Notes: a model not told the origin generated them from the sequence alone. Shown: positions 44,272 through 53,522, numbered from the stretch's first letter. The stretch: 55,282 bases of DNA from Eubacteriales bacterium (GCA_045605265.1 JAZUPQ010000011.1:1-55282); one strand, 5' to 3'. Made by a program: numbers and translations.

Positions 44272-46002
44272 TTAAAAATTCCTCTGATCGCTTTCAATGG
44301 CTTCTCCTTTCTTTCCCTCAACCAAGAGGGTGAAATATTCTACGTTCTCTCTTGCGTAGGGGTAGTGCGCCCTCTCCTGACTTTGCCAGTAGCGGAGCAG
44401 GGTTATGGGATCTTCGGGTTTTCCGAGAGTGCCTGCTTTGAGGTTTTCGAGATTCCTTTGCCAGAGCGCCTCTCTCTGATATTCCGCGCCTCCGTTCAGG
44501 TCAACGGAGAACAGGTAGGAGTCGTCATAAAAATACTCCCCTGTAAATTCGTCGTAATCAACGAAATCGTATCGATTAAATTCCGCGTTATGTATTCTGC
44601 CGTAGGCGTCCCTGTAAGTAAGAGCGCGGGGTTCGTCCGCAAAAGCGAGATATTGCTCAAAAATCCTCTTGTCGAGCTCTGCGTACGCTGTGTGTTTGAG
44701 TTTTCTTTTTGATTCCAGTCTGCCGGTAGCTTGAGAAATTTTAAGCTGCCGAGCATAGCCGCTTTCAGCAGCTGAGCCCTCAATACCTTGAAGGGCGTCG
44801 GTAATTCCGAGAATTCTTTTTGAATGTTCGTAAAGACGCTCCGCCTCAATAATATCCTGACTTATATTCGGTGTGGTGTCTACCTTGCCGTATTGAGCGA
44901 CACTCTCGCCCGGCTTCATTTTTATAACCTGACCGAATATGGAATTTCCTATGGAAATAGTGGCGTCCTCCGGCATAATAGGAGTGATTTGCGCCCTTAC
45001 GAGCTTTTGCAGAATACGCGACTCGATTTTATTGATCGCCTGTTGCTCGGGGCGTATGTATTCGCAGTCGCTCTGACCGATTATCTGACGCTCGGGCGAG
45101 GGATTTTTTCTTATTACAATCGGGAAGGAGGTGGGTGTGTAATAGGGAATTCTGCCGCCTTTGGTTTTGATTTTTGGGGACAGCTCCTCAAATATTACGT
45201 CAACGCTCTCGAATTTGCTGTTTTTGCAGGTACATTCACCCTCTCTGAAGCCGCACTTTGTACAGTAATTGACTTTTCTGCGATAAAATCCGGGCAGGTC
45301 TAAAAGTAAGAGCTGACCCGAAAATACATACTTTCCAACCTGACCGTCCTCGTCCTTATAGAAACAAACGATAACGTTTACAGTATCGCTTTCCGACGGG
45401 GTATCTCCCTCAGAAAAATCTCTCTCGGCGAGTATGATATTTTCCTCGCTTACGCCGTATTTTCGCATAAGCTCTCCTGCGGAAGTGGTAAAACGCAAAA
45501 AACAGTATTCCATTTCGTCAATAGAGGCGGTAGCGGGCTCCGGAATAAAATTTTCTGGCGAAAGACAGTAAACGTCAACGCCTCCAACCTCTTTTCCGAG
45601 GCGCTTTACATTGTTCCATTCCACGTACCATACGCTTGCGCCGTAAATATAGGTGTATCGCTCGTCGCAGTCGTTCATTTGCTCAAAAGGGAGCTTGTCG
45701 CGAAGAGAGGAGAGCAGCTTTTCTATGGAAGTGGCGTTTCTTGCGCGGCGCTCGGAGTAGCACATAGCGTCTACCTTTGGCAGCGGTATATCGCAGGAAA
45801 TTTGGCTCTCTATAATCTCGTAAGTGATGTTTCGGATAGTCGAGGCATTTTCGTTAGAGCCGTCGATTTCGTAACTGCCCTTGTACTGCCGCATATTTCT
45901 GACGTACTCCTCCGCTTTTTCGGCGTAGGCGTTCTTGGCGTTCTCATAAAGTCGCGCAAAGAAGTCCAGCCGTGATTCTTTTGATGAGTTTTCTGTTGTC
46001 AC
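44272..46002 (-). CDS. Phage portal protein
   Basis: About 576 aa immediately after TerL. GTG 46002 overlaps the TerL stop (GTGA) and has GGAGAA 7 nt upstream. The N-terminal region (RLDFFARLYENAKNAYAEKAEEYVRNMRQYKG...ITYEIIESQIS) is portal-like. Confidence 0.75.
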   Translation of the reverse strand: MTTENSSKESRLDFFARLYENAKNAYAEKAEEYVRNMRQYKGSYEIDGSNENASTIRNITYEIIESQISCDIPLPKVDAMCYSERRARNATSIEKLLSSLRDKLPFEQMNDCDERYTYIYGASVWYVEWNNVKRLGKEVGGVDVYCLSPENFIPEPATASIDEMEYCFLRFTTSAGELMRKYGVSEENIILAERDFSEGDTPSESDTVNVIVCFYKDEDGQVGKYVFSGQLLLLDLPGFYRRKVNYCTKCGFREGECTCKNSKFESVDVIFEELSPKIKTKGGRIPYYTPTSFPIVIRKNPSPERQIIGQSDCEYIRPEQQAINKIESRILQKLVRAQITPIMPEDATISIGNSIFGQVIKMKPGESVAQYGKVDTTPNISQDIIEAERLYEHSKRILGITDALQGIEGSAAESGYARQLKISQATGRLESKRKLKHTAYAELDKRIFEQYLAFADEPRALTYRDAYGRIHNAEFNRYDFVDYDEFTGEYFYDDSYLFSVDLNGGAEYQREALWQRNLENLKAGTLGKPEDPITLLRYWQSQERAHYPYARENVEYFTLLVEGKKGEAIESDQRNF

Positions 46003-47363
46003 AATGGTTCTCCGTATTTTTTGATTAAGTATTGTTTTTCCTCTTTCGTGGCAGAGTGGTAATCCTCCCACATATCCACGCTCCAAATGCTTCTTCCTCT
46101 CTTTCCCTCCTCTTTTTTTGGGGATGCATAAAAGATTGCAAATCCGCGAAGAGCATCGGGGGCGTGCGTAATTTCGTGGGGTTCATTAGCGCAGTCGGTG
46201 GGCCTTATTTTATCTACGCACAGGGCGGGCAGGCATCGAATAATTTCGGTACAGCTTGAAAATATTTGAAGTCTTGCCCCGCCACCCGTGTCGCATAAAA
46301 GCTCCTTAATGGCAAGCCAGCCTGTCTCTCTGTCATTTGAGGTTTTTGTAAAATTTACGCCAAATTCGCTGAAAAGCGAAGCTTTTGTTTTTCCCGTCTC
46401 CTGACTTCTACTCCAAAGGTCGGGAGGCGCGAGGGTTGCGTAAATATCCTCGCCTACGGGTGTCCTCTCATTGATTGCTTTGGCAGAGGCGCTTATTGGA
46501 AGATTTGACTGGCAATACTCTCTGTAAACATAGACCTTTCTATCGGGGCTGATTGCTATCCAAAGACAGCACAGTCTGTCAAGTCCGTAGTCTATCGTTC
46601 TGAATTTTCGCCAGGAGCGCGGTATCTCAAAGGGAGATATAACGTGCTTGGAATGAGAAAATTCCGAGAAGTACTGTCCGTCGAATATATTCCAATCCCC
46701 GTAGAGCAGAGCCTTTCTCTCCCGTTCGGGCAGGGCTAAGAGTCTGCTTTCATACTGCGCGTCGCTCTTTATAAGAAATGAGTTGTCCTTCAAAAAAGAA
46801 GGAATGAAAATCCGCCTCATCCCTCCCTCGCCCAAAAAGGATTTTTCGGGAGAGGAGCAATCAATAAATCTCTCCTTCACCCAGGAGTGACCTATTCCGC
46901 CGGGGTTGGTGGAGGATTTTATCTGCTTTGGAAAATCGTTTGCGCCTCGGACTCTTGAAATGAGATAAACGTACTGAGCTTTTGTAAAGTGAGTCAATTC
47001 GTCAAAGCGTATGCAGTCGTATTCGGCGCTCTGATATTGATAAACGTCGTTTTCGCTAGCGCAATAGCCGAAATCAATAATAGAGCCGTTTACAAACCTG
47101 CCCGTGTGAGAGGAGGCGTTAAAGGAGTAGATTTCCTTGGGGTAAAGGGCGAGAGAGGTTCTTATCAAAGACTTGTCAAGCTCGGCGAAGGTTCGTCTTA
47201 AAACCAACTGCTTTGATTTGGGATATTTGAGCGCGAAGAGCAGAGCGTCTACCATTTGTCCATAGGATTTTCCGCCGCCCGCCGCCCCACCGAACAGCAC
47301 CTCTGACTCCGAGGCGTCGATGAATTGCTTTTGCTTTTTTGTGACTGCTATGTCTATATTCAT
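45999..47363 (-). CDS. terL: Phage terminase large subunit
   Basis: Walker A is FGGAAGGGKSYG and Walker B is YDCIRFDELTHF. The RNaseH-like nuclease domain carries FRTIDYGLD and HAPDALRGF. ATG 47363 overlaps the TerS stop (TGATG). Confidence 0.9.
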   Translation of the reverse strand: MNIDIAVTKKQKQFIDASESEVLFGGAAGGGKSYGQMVDALLFALKYPKSKQLVLRRTFAELDKSLIRTSLALYPKEIYSFNASSHTGRFVNGSIIDFGYCASENDVYQYQSAEYDCIRFDELTHFTKAQYVYLISRVRGANDFPKQIKSSTNPGGIGHSWVKERFIDCSSPEKSFLGEGGMRRIFIPSFLKDNSFLIKSDAQYESRLLALPERERKALLYGDWNIFDGQYFSEFSHSKHVISPFEIPRSWRKFRTIDYGLDRLCCLWIAISPDRKVYVYREYCQSNLPISASAKAINERTPVGEDIYATLAPPDLWSRSQETGKTKASLFSEFGVNFTKTSNDRETGWLAIKELLCDTGGGARLQIFSSCTEIIRCLPALCVDKIRPTDCANEPHEITHAPDALRGFAIFYASPKKEEGKRGRSIWSVDMWEDYHSATKEEKQYLIKKYGEPL

Positions 47364-47689
47364 CAATCCACCACCGTAATATTTAACTTGAAGGAGATTT
47401 CGTTCTCACTGTCGGCATCCGCTTCCTCCGATAGCAGAAATTTTGTAAACGATGAGTCAAACCGCTTGCATAACGCCATGTCTATAAGGTAATCCCTCCT
47501 GATTTCGCTGCATTCGCGGTAGGCCCTGTCAAAATTTCCGTGCTTTCTGTAAGAGAGAAGCTCTTGCAGAGTGAGTCCCCTTTGCCTTGCAAATTTTGAA
47601 AAGCTCGGAGCGCCCGTCCCTTCACAAAAGGTTGTGAAATAGGTGTACATCTGCCGCGGTAAATCCTTGGAGTATTTTTTCTTTCCCAT
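47363..47689 (-). CDS. terS: Phage terminase small subunit (HTH type)
   Basis: PSFSKFARQRGLTLQELLSYRK..FDRAYRECSEIRRDYLIDMAL...DSSFTKFLL matches the small-terminase HTH pattern. ATG 47689 lies 5 nt after GAGGTG. Confidence 0.75.
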   Translation of the reverse strand: MGKKKYSKDLPRQMYTYFTTFCEGTGAPSFSKFARQRGLTLQELLSYRKHGNFDRAYRECSEIRRDYLIDMALCKRFDSSFTKFLLSEEADADSENEISFKLNITVVD

Positions 47690-47920
47690 TTCATCACCTC
47701 GTTTTTTAAAATCAAGAAATTCGGCGGTTTCTCTGCCGTTCCGGACCGTCAAATCCGCTCGCTTCGTCTCTTGGCGATTTCATTTTATCACCGCTTTTGA
47801 CGAAAGTAAGTATATCGCCTTCCGAAAGAAAGAGGCTGAAAGACTGTTTTTTTAGTGCAAACTAAACAAAAGGGCTTTGCGCGGAAACGAAGCATCCGCT
47901 TAAAATATTTATAAAAAGCC

Positions 47921-47949
47921 TTGCATACGCAAAAAAAATATGTTATAAT
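47921..47949 (+). promoter_or_regulatory. Promoter candidate for the mutS-like operon
   Basis: TTGCAT, 17-nt spacer, TATAAT, with TG extended -10. Confidence 0.55.
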
Positions 47950-47984
47950 ATATGGTACGATGAGAAAGAAGGGACTTTTTACAA

Positions 47985-49595
47985 ATGGAAGAGAGATTTA
48001 TAAGCCTGCTTTACCCAAGCGAAGAGTCGCGGGATTTTCACGCAGACAGAAAAAACCTGCCGAACATTGATGAAAACGTGTGTGACGAGCTGGGATTGAA
48101 TGAAATATTCAACTTAAAAAGCAGTAGTCTTACCGACTTTTTCACCACCGACAGCGAGGTTATAAAATACAGACAGTCTGTTATATCCGATATGCTGGCG
48201 AACCCCGAAATAAAGGAAACGCTATCAAAGGCGCACCCGATTTTAGATGATATAAACCAGCTTCGTCTTTTGGATAACGACCAACAGAATTCCGGTGACT
48301 CATATCTTTACAGCATCACGGAAATCGAGCTGTACGTCTCCTGCATAGAGACCTTAAAGGAAGGATTTTTGCCGATAAGGAATAAAATAAAGTCCCCTGC
48401 GATAGCCAATCTCTCTGACTTCATATTCGAGCTTTGCGATTCCGACTATTACAAGGAACTCAATAAAAAGCTTGACGCTCTTGCCAGCCGTGTGAGAGAG
48501 GTAAAGAGCATTACCGTCGGTGTAAATCTCGACAGAGAGCTCCGTCCTGTAAGTGCAGGAGTCATCTCGGTAAACTCCGAGCCCTTCAAGTCCGGAAAAA
48601 TACTTGATAAAATTCTTCGTCTATCCTTCAAGAACGACGCATTTACTTGTATTGCCCCCCTCTCACCCTTTGGAAAAGGGCAGAGCGAGAATAAGCAAGA
48701 GGCCTTGATAGGCGCGTTCAACAGCGCCATTGAGGATGTTTTTGCATCATCGGTAAAGGGCTGGCGCGCCATTGTCGGCGAGTACGTTCTTGACAGCACG
48801 GACTTTCTTTTGAGGCTTCTGCCTGAAATTGAATTCGTATCAAAATCCACCGACCTTATAATGAAGCTTTCGCGTCACGACGGCTGCTTCGTCTGTATGC
48901 CTGAGATATGTCCTATGGAGGACAAGGAATTTTCTGCCGAGTCTCTTTACAATCCCAGAGTAGCCTTGGCAATCGAGGAAAGAATCGTGACTAATGATTT
49001 CGCGTTTGACGACAATGCCAGAATATACATTCTCACAGGTCCTAACAGAGGCGGAAAATCCGTAATCACCGTCGCTCTCGGCGCGGCTCAGGCTATGTAT
49101 CAGCTCGGCTTGCCCGTACCTGCGAAAAGTGCGAAAATTTCTGCCGTTGACGGAATATTCACTCATTTTCCCGAGGGCGCAGACGATACTATTGACAAGG
49201 GCAGACTGGGTGAAGAATGTGCGAGACTTCGCGAGATTTTCGACTCGGTCAGTTCTGACAGTATGATTTTGCTTGACGAATCTCTGTCATCTACGGGAGC
49301 TTACGAGGCGTCTTATATTGCCTCGGAAATTTTGTCGGGCTTTTCCGCAATCCGCGTCCGCGGTATATTTTCAACTCACCTTCACGAGCTCGCGGCATCT
49401 CTTGATGAAATAAACGACAGAGCGCGTGAGTGTAAAGGCATACTTATGGATACCCTCGTGGCAGGAATCGAGGATGGGGAGCGTTCTTTCAAAATTTACA
49501 GAGCGAAGCCCGACGGTAAATCCTACGCGAAGGACATCGCGGATAAGTACGGCTTGTCTTTTGACAATATCATTAAAAAATATCAAAAGGACTGA
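47985..49595 (+). CDS. MutS-family ATPase paralogue (domain V; no mismatch-binding or Smr domain evident)
   Basis: ILTGPNRGGKSV Walker A, ILLDESLSSTG Walker B, and the STHLHEL motif. Only 536 aa. Confidence 0.8.
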   Translation: MEERFISLLYPSEESRDFHADRKNLPNIDENVCDELGLNEIFNLKSSSLTDFFTTDSEVIKYRQSVISDMLANPEIKETLSKAHPILDDINQLRLLDNDQQNSGDSYLYSITEIELYVSCIETLKEGFLPIRNKIKSPAIANLSDFIFELCDSDYYKELNKKLDALASRVREVKSITVGVNLDRELRPVSAGVISVNSEPFKSGKILDKILRLSFKNDAFTCIAPLSPFGKGQSENKQEALIGAFNSAIEDVFASSVKGWRAIVGEYVLDSTDFLLRLLPEIEFVSKSTDLIMKLSRHDGCFVCMPEICPMEDKEFSAESLYNPRVALAIEERIVTNDFAFDDNARIYILTGPNRGGKSVITVALGAAQAMYQLGLPVPAKSAKISAVDGIFTHFPEGADDTIDKGRLGEECARLREIFDSVSSDSMILLDESLSSTGAYEASYIASEILSGFSAIRVRGIFSTHLHELAASLDEINDRARECKGILMDTLVAGIEDGERSFKIYRAKPDGKSYAKDIADKYGLSFDNIIKKYQKD

Positions 49596-49604
49596 TTTAT
49601 AAAA

Positions 49605-50459
49605 ATGGGCGTAATAATCGGAATAGATGTAGGCGGTACAACCACCAAAATAGTCGGCGTCACTACGAGGAATAATAAAGTAGAGATTATCAAGCCGCAG
49701 TTCGTAAAAGCAAACGACCCCCTGACCGCTATTTACGGCGCCTTCGGCAAGTTCACCGACGAGAACAATTTAAAAATTTCGGATATAGACAAGATAATGA
49801 TGACGGGCGTAGGCTCCTCATTCGTCAAAGGCGATATATATGGCTTAAAGTGTGAGAAGGTTTCTGAATTTGACGCCACGGGGCTTGGAGGTCTGTTTAC
49901 CTCGGGCTTTGACAGCGCCATAGTCGTAAGTATGGGTACGGGAACTGCAATCGTTCACGCCACGCGCGGCGGAAATATGGAATATCTCGGCGGCACGGGA
50001 GTAGGCGGAGGAACTCTGGTAGGACTTTCAAAGCTTATGCTGCAAGCCGAAACTATCGCTCACATAGAGGAATATTCCTCGTCGGGAAATCTTGCAAACA
50101 TAGACTTAAGAATAAAAGATATAAGCAAGGACGACTCGCTTTTGAACAGCGAGCTCACCGCCTCGAATTTCGGAAACGTATCGGATATTGCAACCCGTGA
50201 CGATATAGCCCTCGGTATACTCAATATGGTATACGAGACGGTGGGAGTGATATCAATTTTTGCCGCCCGTTCGGTAAATGCAAATAGAATAGTTTTGACG
50301 GGCAACCTGACGCGCCTTGGTTTCAGTAAAGATAAATTCGACTTTTTCAATAAAATGAAAACCCTTTACGGAATGGATTTCATAATTCCTGAAAATGCGG
50401 AGTACGCTACCGTAATAGGTACTGCGCTGTACGGCATTGGAAAGGGCAGTAATATATAA
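49605..50459 (+). CDS. coaW: Type II pantothenate kinase (ASKHA fold)
   Basis: GIDVGGTTTKIV, EFDATGLG, SMGTGTAIV, LGGTGVGGGTLVGLSKLML, LTASNFGN and YATVIGTAL line up with the staphylococcal type II PanK pattern. Confidence 0.75.
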   Translation: MGVIIGIDVGGTTTKIVGVTTRNNKVEIIKPQFVKANDPLTAIYGAFGKFTDENNLKISDIDKIMMTGVGSSFVKGDIYGLKCEKVSEFDATGLGGLFTSGFDSAIVVSMGTGTAIVHATRGGNMEYLGGTGVGGGTLVGLSKLMLQAETIAHIEEYSSSGNLANIDLRIKDISKDDSLLNSELTASNFGNVSDIATRDDIALGILNMVYETVGVISIFAARSVNANRIVLTGNLTRLGFSKDKFDFFNKMKTLYGMDFIIPENAEYATVIGTALYGIGKGSNI

Positions 50460-50475
50460 AAACAGGAGATTTTAA

Positions 50476-50904
50476 ATGAATATTTTAAGGTTCATAATCC
50501 CTAAAAGTTTAGTAGAATATCTTGATGACGACAGTACTGTAAGACAGGCCTACGAGAAGATGCGCTACCATAATTACGTGGCAATTCCCGTGCTTGACGA
50601 CGAGGGAAAATATGTTGGAACGGCGAGTAACGACGACCTTTTCAAATACTTTCTCGAAAGTGAAAAACACGGAATGCGTACTGCCGAAAAGCATAAAATC
50701 GTCGATGTTATAAAAAAGGAACAGCAGAAGCCTCTTTATCACAATGCCACAATGACAACCTTGATTGAAAGCGTAAAGGAGCATAACTTCGTACCCGTGG
50801 TTGATGACAGAGGTTGCTTTATAGGAATAATTTTGAGACGTGACGTTTTGAATTTCCTCTTTGAGTATTACCAGAAAGACAAACCCGACGCTGATCGGGA
50901 CTAA
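50476..50904 (+). CDS. CBS-pair domain protein
   Basis: 142 aa with two CBS-like units (AIPVLDDEGKYVGTASNDDL and FVPVVDDRGCFIGIILRRDV). Confidence 0.8.
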   Translation: MNILRFIIPKSLVEYLDDDSTVRQAYEKMRYHNYVAIPVLDDEGKYVGTASNDDLFKYFLESEKHGMRTAEKHKIVDVIKKEQQKPLYHNATMTTLIESVKEHNFVPVVDDRGCFIGIILRRDVLNFLFEYYQKDKPDADRD

Positions 50905-50937
50905 TGTATAATAGATTGAAAATATCAAAGGAGTGTT

Positions 50938-53226
50938 ATGATGAATAACATTGGTATGGACAAAATGAAATATAAACCGAATGAGAGAGGCGCAGCCGAC
51001 GCCTACGCGGAAGAATACAGAAGAAAGCTGATGCAGGAAGAAAATCGCAGACAGGAGCTTGCGCGCAGAAATCAAAGGCTTATGGCCGAGGCGCAGCTTG
51101 AAGCTGAGAGAAACTTCCGTAAGGAAGCATCGTTGAAAAAGCTGGAAGCCGAGAGGGAAATGATTCGCAAAAGAAATGAAGCGAACAGTCAAATGATCAG
51201 GCAAATACAGATGAATAGAGAAAAAGCGCAGACCGTACCGTCAGCGCCGCCCTCACCGCCCTCACCGCCTTCTCCGCCGACTCCCCCTACGGCAGCGCGG
51301 GTGTCTCCGCAATTACCTATGAAAACAGGCGTTATGGCGAAAGCTCCTGTCAAACCCGTAAATCCGCAGGTTCGTATACTTGACGATGCAATTCTTGCGG
51401 CAATTCCGAATGCAGATAAAATACCGAAAATGCCGGGAGAAATTCCTACATCATTTTCCCCAGACAGCGGGTATGTAACCGTAAGACCTAACAAAGCGAA
51501 TTTGGATAAAGAAACGGCTTTAAGAAACAAAATCTCAAAAATGACGCCGCCCACACCTCCCAAGCGCCCCCAAATGCCAAGTAACAGGACGGGAACTATG
51601 ACTGCGCCCGTTCCGGAGGCTCAGCCGCGCGCGGCGGCAAGCACTTTCTCTCAAAAATCTGCTATGACGGCAACTCCGCCCGTACCGCCAACGCCCCCAA
51701 AATTTCCCAAGACTCCGTCTCATAAGGAGCAGATAGGAACGGCAACGCGTAAGTTTACCGGAAGGTCGGAAATGCCTACCGACTACCGCGGATACATAGC
51801 CTTGTCAAAGGATTTGAAAAAAGTTGTCAAGGAAATTGACAAGAAGATAAAGAAAATAAAGAAAAAAGAGGATAAAAACACAGGCTCTGCGGAAAGAAAA
51901 CTCTTTAACGAGAGAATTGCTCTTGAAAAAGAAGCTGTTGAAATTCTCTGCATAGTGCTCGGCGGAGCGGTTGTAATCAATAACAAGCGCAAAATTAATA
52001 AAAACAAAGAAGCTCTTAATAAGAGAATTGCAAGATACAACAGAGTACTTTACGATCTTTCCGTGCGTATTGGCAAAGATCTTCCCACACTTTCATACGG
52101 TATTTCAAGCGATATAATCGCAGGAAGAGACTATGAGACACCGCCCGTGGTGTACTTCAAGGAGATGGATGAAAGCAACTCCGACCCCGCAATCTCGGCA
52201 ATCGAGAGAAGAACGTTCATAGACGCGTATAAAAAGCTCAAATTGAATAAAAACAATGATAAAAACGAGTGGAAAATAGAGAGAAAAATTCTTAAAAAAT
52301 ACGGAAAGCGTAACGCTTCCGTCAAAGAGGCCTTGAAACTTAGAGAGGATCTCACCGCTCTTAAAGAAGTAAGAAAGAGAGATGAGGAGTTCCTTGCATT
52401 AAGATATCACTACGTCATAAGGAAAGCGAATTTCGACCATAAAGCAGCCAAGGATTACTTCTTTGGGACAAAGGATGACGTAAAAGCAGAAAGGAAAGAG
52501 ACCAGACAGGCTCAAAAGGAACTAAATAAGGATAGAAAGAAGGCCTTAAAGTTTGAAAGAAAGGATAACGAGCGTTACAATAAGATTGTAGCGATAAATC
52601 CTTATAAATATCAATTTAGTAGATGTATCTTTAAGAAAAAGATAGACAGAGACAAGCTTGAAGAAATCAGATCCGAAATGGAAGTTCTTCTCGCCAGACG
52701 CGACCTCATAAACAGTCATCTTATGAGATTTTATACCACTGACGGTGAATTCTCCAAAAAGAAAAAAATAGAAAAAAAAGTAGAGGAACAGAGCAATCAA
52801 GCGAAGACAGCCGCAATGAAGGCTTCCTACGACGATCAGGAAGAACGGTTCAAAGATATAGATAAACGAAATGTCTCGTTGGATATCAAGGAAGACATCT
52901 ACGATATGATGAACGAGAAAATCTATCTCGAAGGCGTGAAAGCGGTTCTTGCTGAAAAAATCAAGCATGCAAAGAATGAAGAAACTCGCAAAAAATTGAA
53001 CGATGAATTGAAGAGCGTTCAAGAAGATATCGACGAGCTTTCCGACTGCATTGATTACGCTTATGAAAATGACGTTAAAAAGCGGGCAAAGAAGCGTTGG
53101 ATTTTGGTTTTAGTTATTTTAGCCGTTCTCGGCGTCGGAATTTACTTAGCGTATCGTTTCTTCGGAGAAGAGATAATTAAGAAATTCCAAGAAATTTTCT
53201 TTTCAAATTCAGGAGCGGAGGTGTAA
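50938..53226 (+). CDS. Large tail-anchored protein of unknown function (coiled coil, proline-rich and K/E-rich regions, C-terminal TM)
   Basis: 762 aa. It has an N-terminal charged coiled coil and the PSPPSPPSPPTPP and PPVPPTPPKFPKTP tracts. A long K/E/R-rich helical region follows, and a single C-terminal TM (WILVLVILAVLGVGIYLAYRFF) ends the protein. AAAGGAG RBS is present. Confidence 0.7.
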   Translation: MMNNIGMDKMKYKPNERGAADAYAEEYRRKLMQEENRRQELARRNQRLMAEAQLEAERNFRKEASLKKLEAEREMIRKRNEANSQMIRQIQMNREKAQTVPSAPPSPPSPPSPPTPPTAARVSPQLPMKTGVMAKAPVKPVNPQVRILDDAILAAIPNADKIPKMPGEIPTSFSPDSGYVTVRPNKANLDKETALRNKISKMTPPTPPKRPQMPSNRTGTMTAPVPEAQPRAAASTFSQKSAMTATPPVPPTPPKFPKTPSHKEQIGTATRKFTGRSEMPTDYRGYIALSKDLKKVVKEIDKKIKKIKKKEDKNTGSAERKLFNERIALEKEAVEILCIVLGGAVVINNKRKINKNKEALNKRIARYNRVLYDLSVRIGKDLPTLSYGISSDIIAGRDYETPPVVYFKEMDESNSDPAISAIERRTFIDAYKKLKLNKNNDKNEWKIERKILKKYGKRNASVKEALKLREDLTALKEVRKRDEEFLALRYHYVIRKANFDHKAAKDYFFGTKDDVKAERKETRQAQKELNKDRKKALKFERKDNERYNKIVAINPYKYQFSRCIFKKKIDRDKLEEIRSEMEVLLARRDLINSHLMRFYTTDGEFSKKKKIEKKVEEQSNQAKTAAMKASYDDQEERFKDIDKRNVSLDIKEDIYDMMNEKIYLEGVKAVLAEKIKHAKNEETRKKLNDELKSVQEDIDELSDCIDYAYENDVKKRAKKRWILVLVILAVLGVGIYLAYRFFGEEIIKKFQEIFFSNSGAEV
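51247..51288 (+). repeat. Imperfect 9-bp tandem repeat encoding (PPS/T)n
   Basis: CCGCCCTCA CCGCCCTCA CCGCCTTCT CCGCCGACT CCCCCT, read in frame as PPSPPSPPSPPTPP. Confidence 0.8.
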
Positions 53227-53229
53227 AAA

Positions 53230-53463
53230 ATGAAAAAAGATAATGAACACAAAATTGAAACGAGAACACTTAATGTCTCCGAAATGAGAGAGGATAGCCG
53301 CGATACGAGAATAGACGCGTTGGAAAAGGCGCGCCTCAACGTAACCAAGAGGCTGGAAATACTCGCCCAAAAATATGCCGATATCAGCGGCGAGAAGAAG
53401 CTCGGCAAACGCAAATACAGTGTGGGGAATTCGCCTAACGACTGGAAAAACAACTATCTTTAA
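53230..53463 (+). CDS. Hypothetical small protein (77 aa)
   Basis: GGAGGTG RBS lies 6 nt upstream of ATG. The gene starts 3 nt after the 762-aa gene stop. No motif recognised. Confidence 0.6.
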   Translation: MKKDNEHKIETRTLNVSEMREDSRDTRIDALEKARLNVTKRLEILAQKYADISGEKKLGKRKYSVGNSPNDWKNNYL

Positions 53464-53493
53464 TATTATATTTAATAAAAATGAAGAAAACTC

Positions 53494-53522
53494 TTGATTT
53501 TTTCATATTTTTGTGATATAGT
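53494..53522 (+). promoter_or_regulatory. Promoter candidate for rimP-nusA-ylxR
   Basis: TTGATT, 17-nt spacer, TATAGT, with TG extended -10. Confidence 0.55.

Larger units (their letters stand above)
35228..47689 (-). mobile_element. Phage-derived virion-module gene cluster (15 genes, one strand; no integrase, repressor, replication or endolysin genes seen)
   Basis: The order is TerS, TerL, portal, scaffold-like, capsid-like, and large LRR-containing structural protein. Start/stop overlaps or gaps of 16 nt or less separate all genes except one 100-nt gap. Confidence 0.75.
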
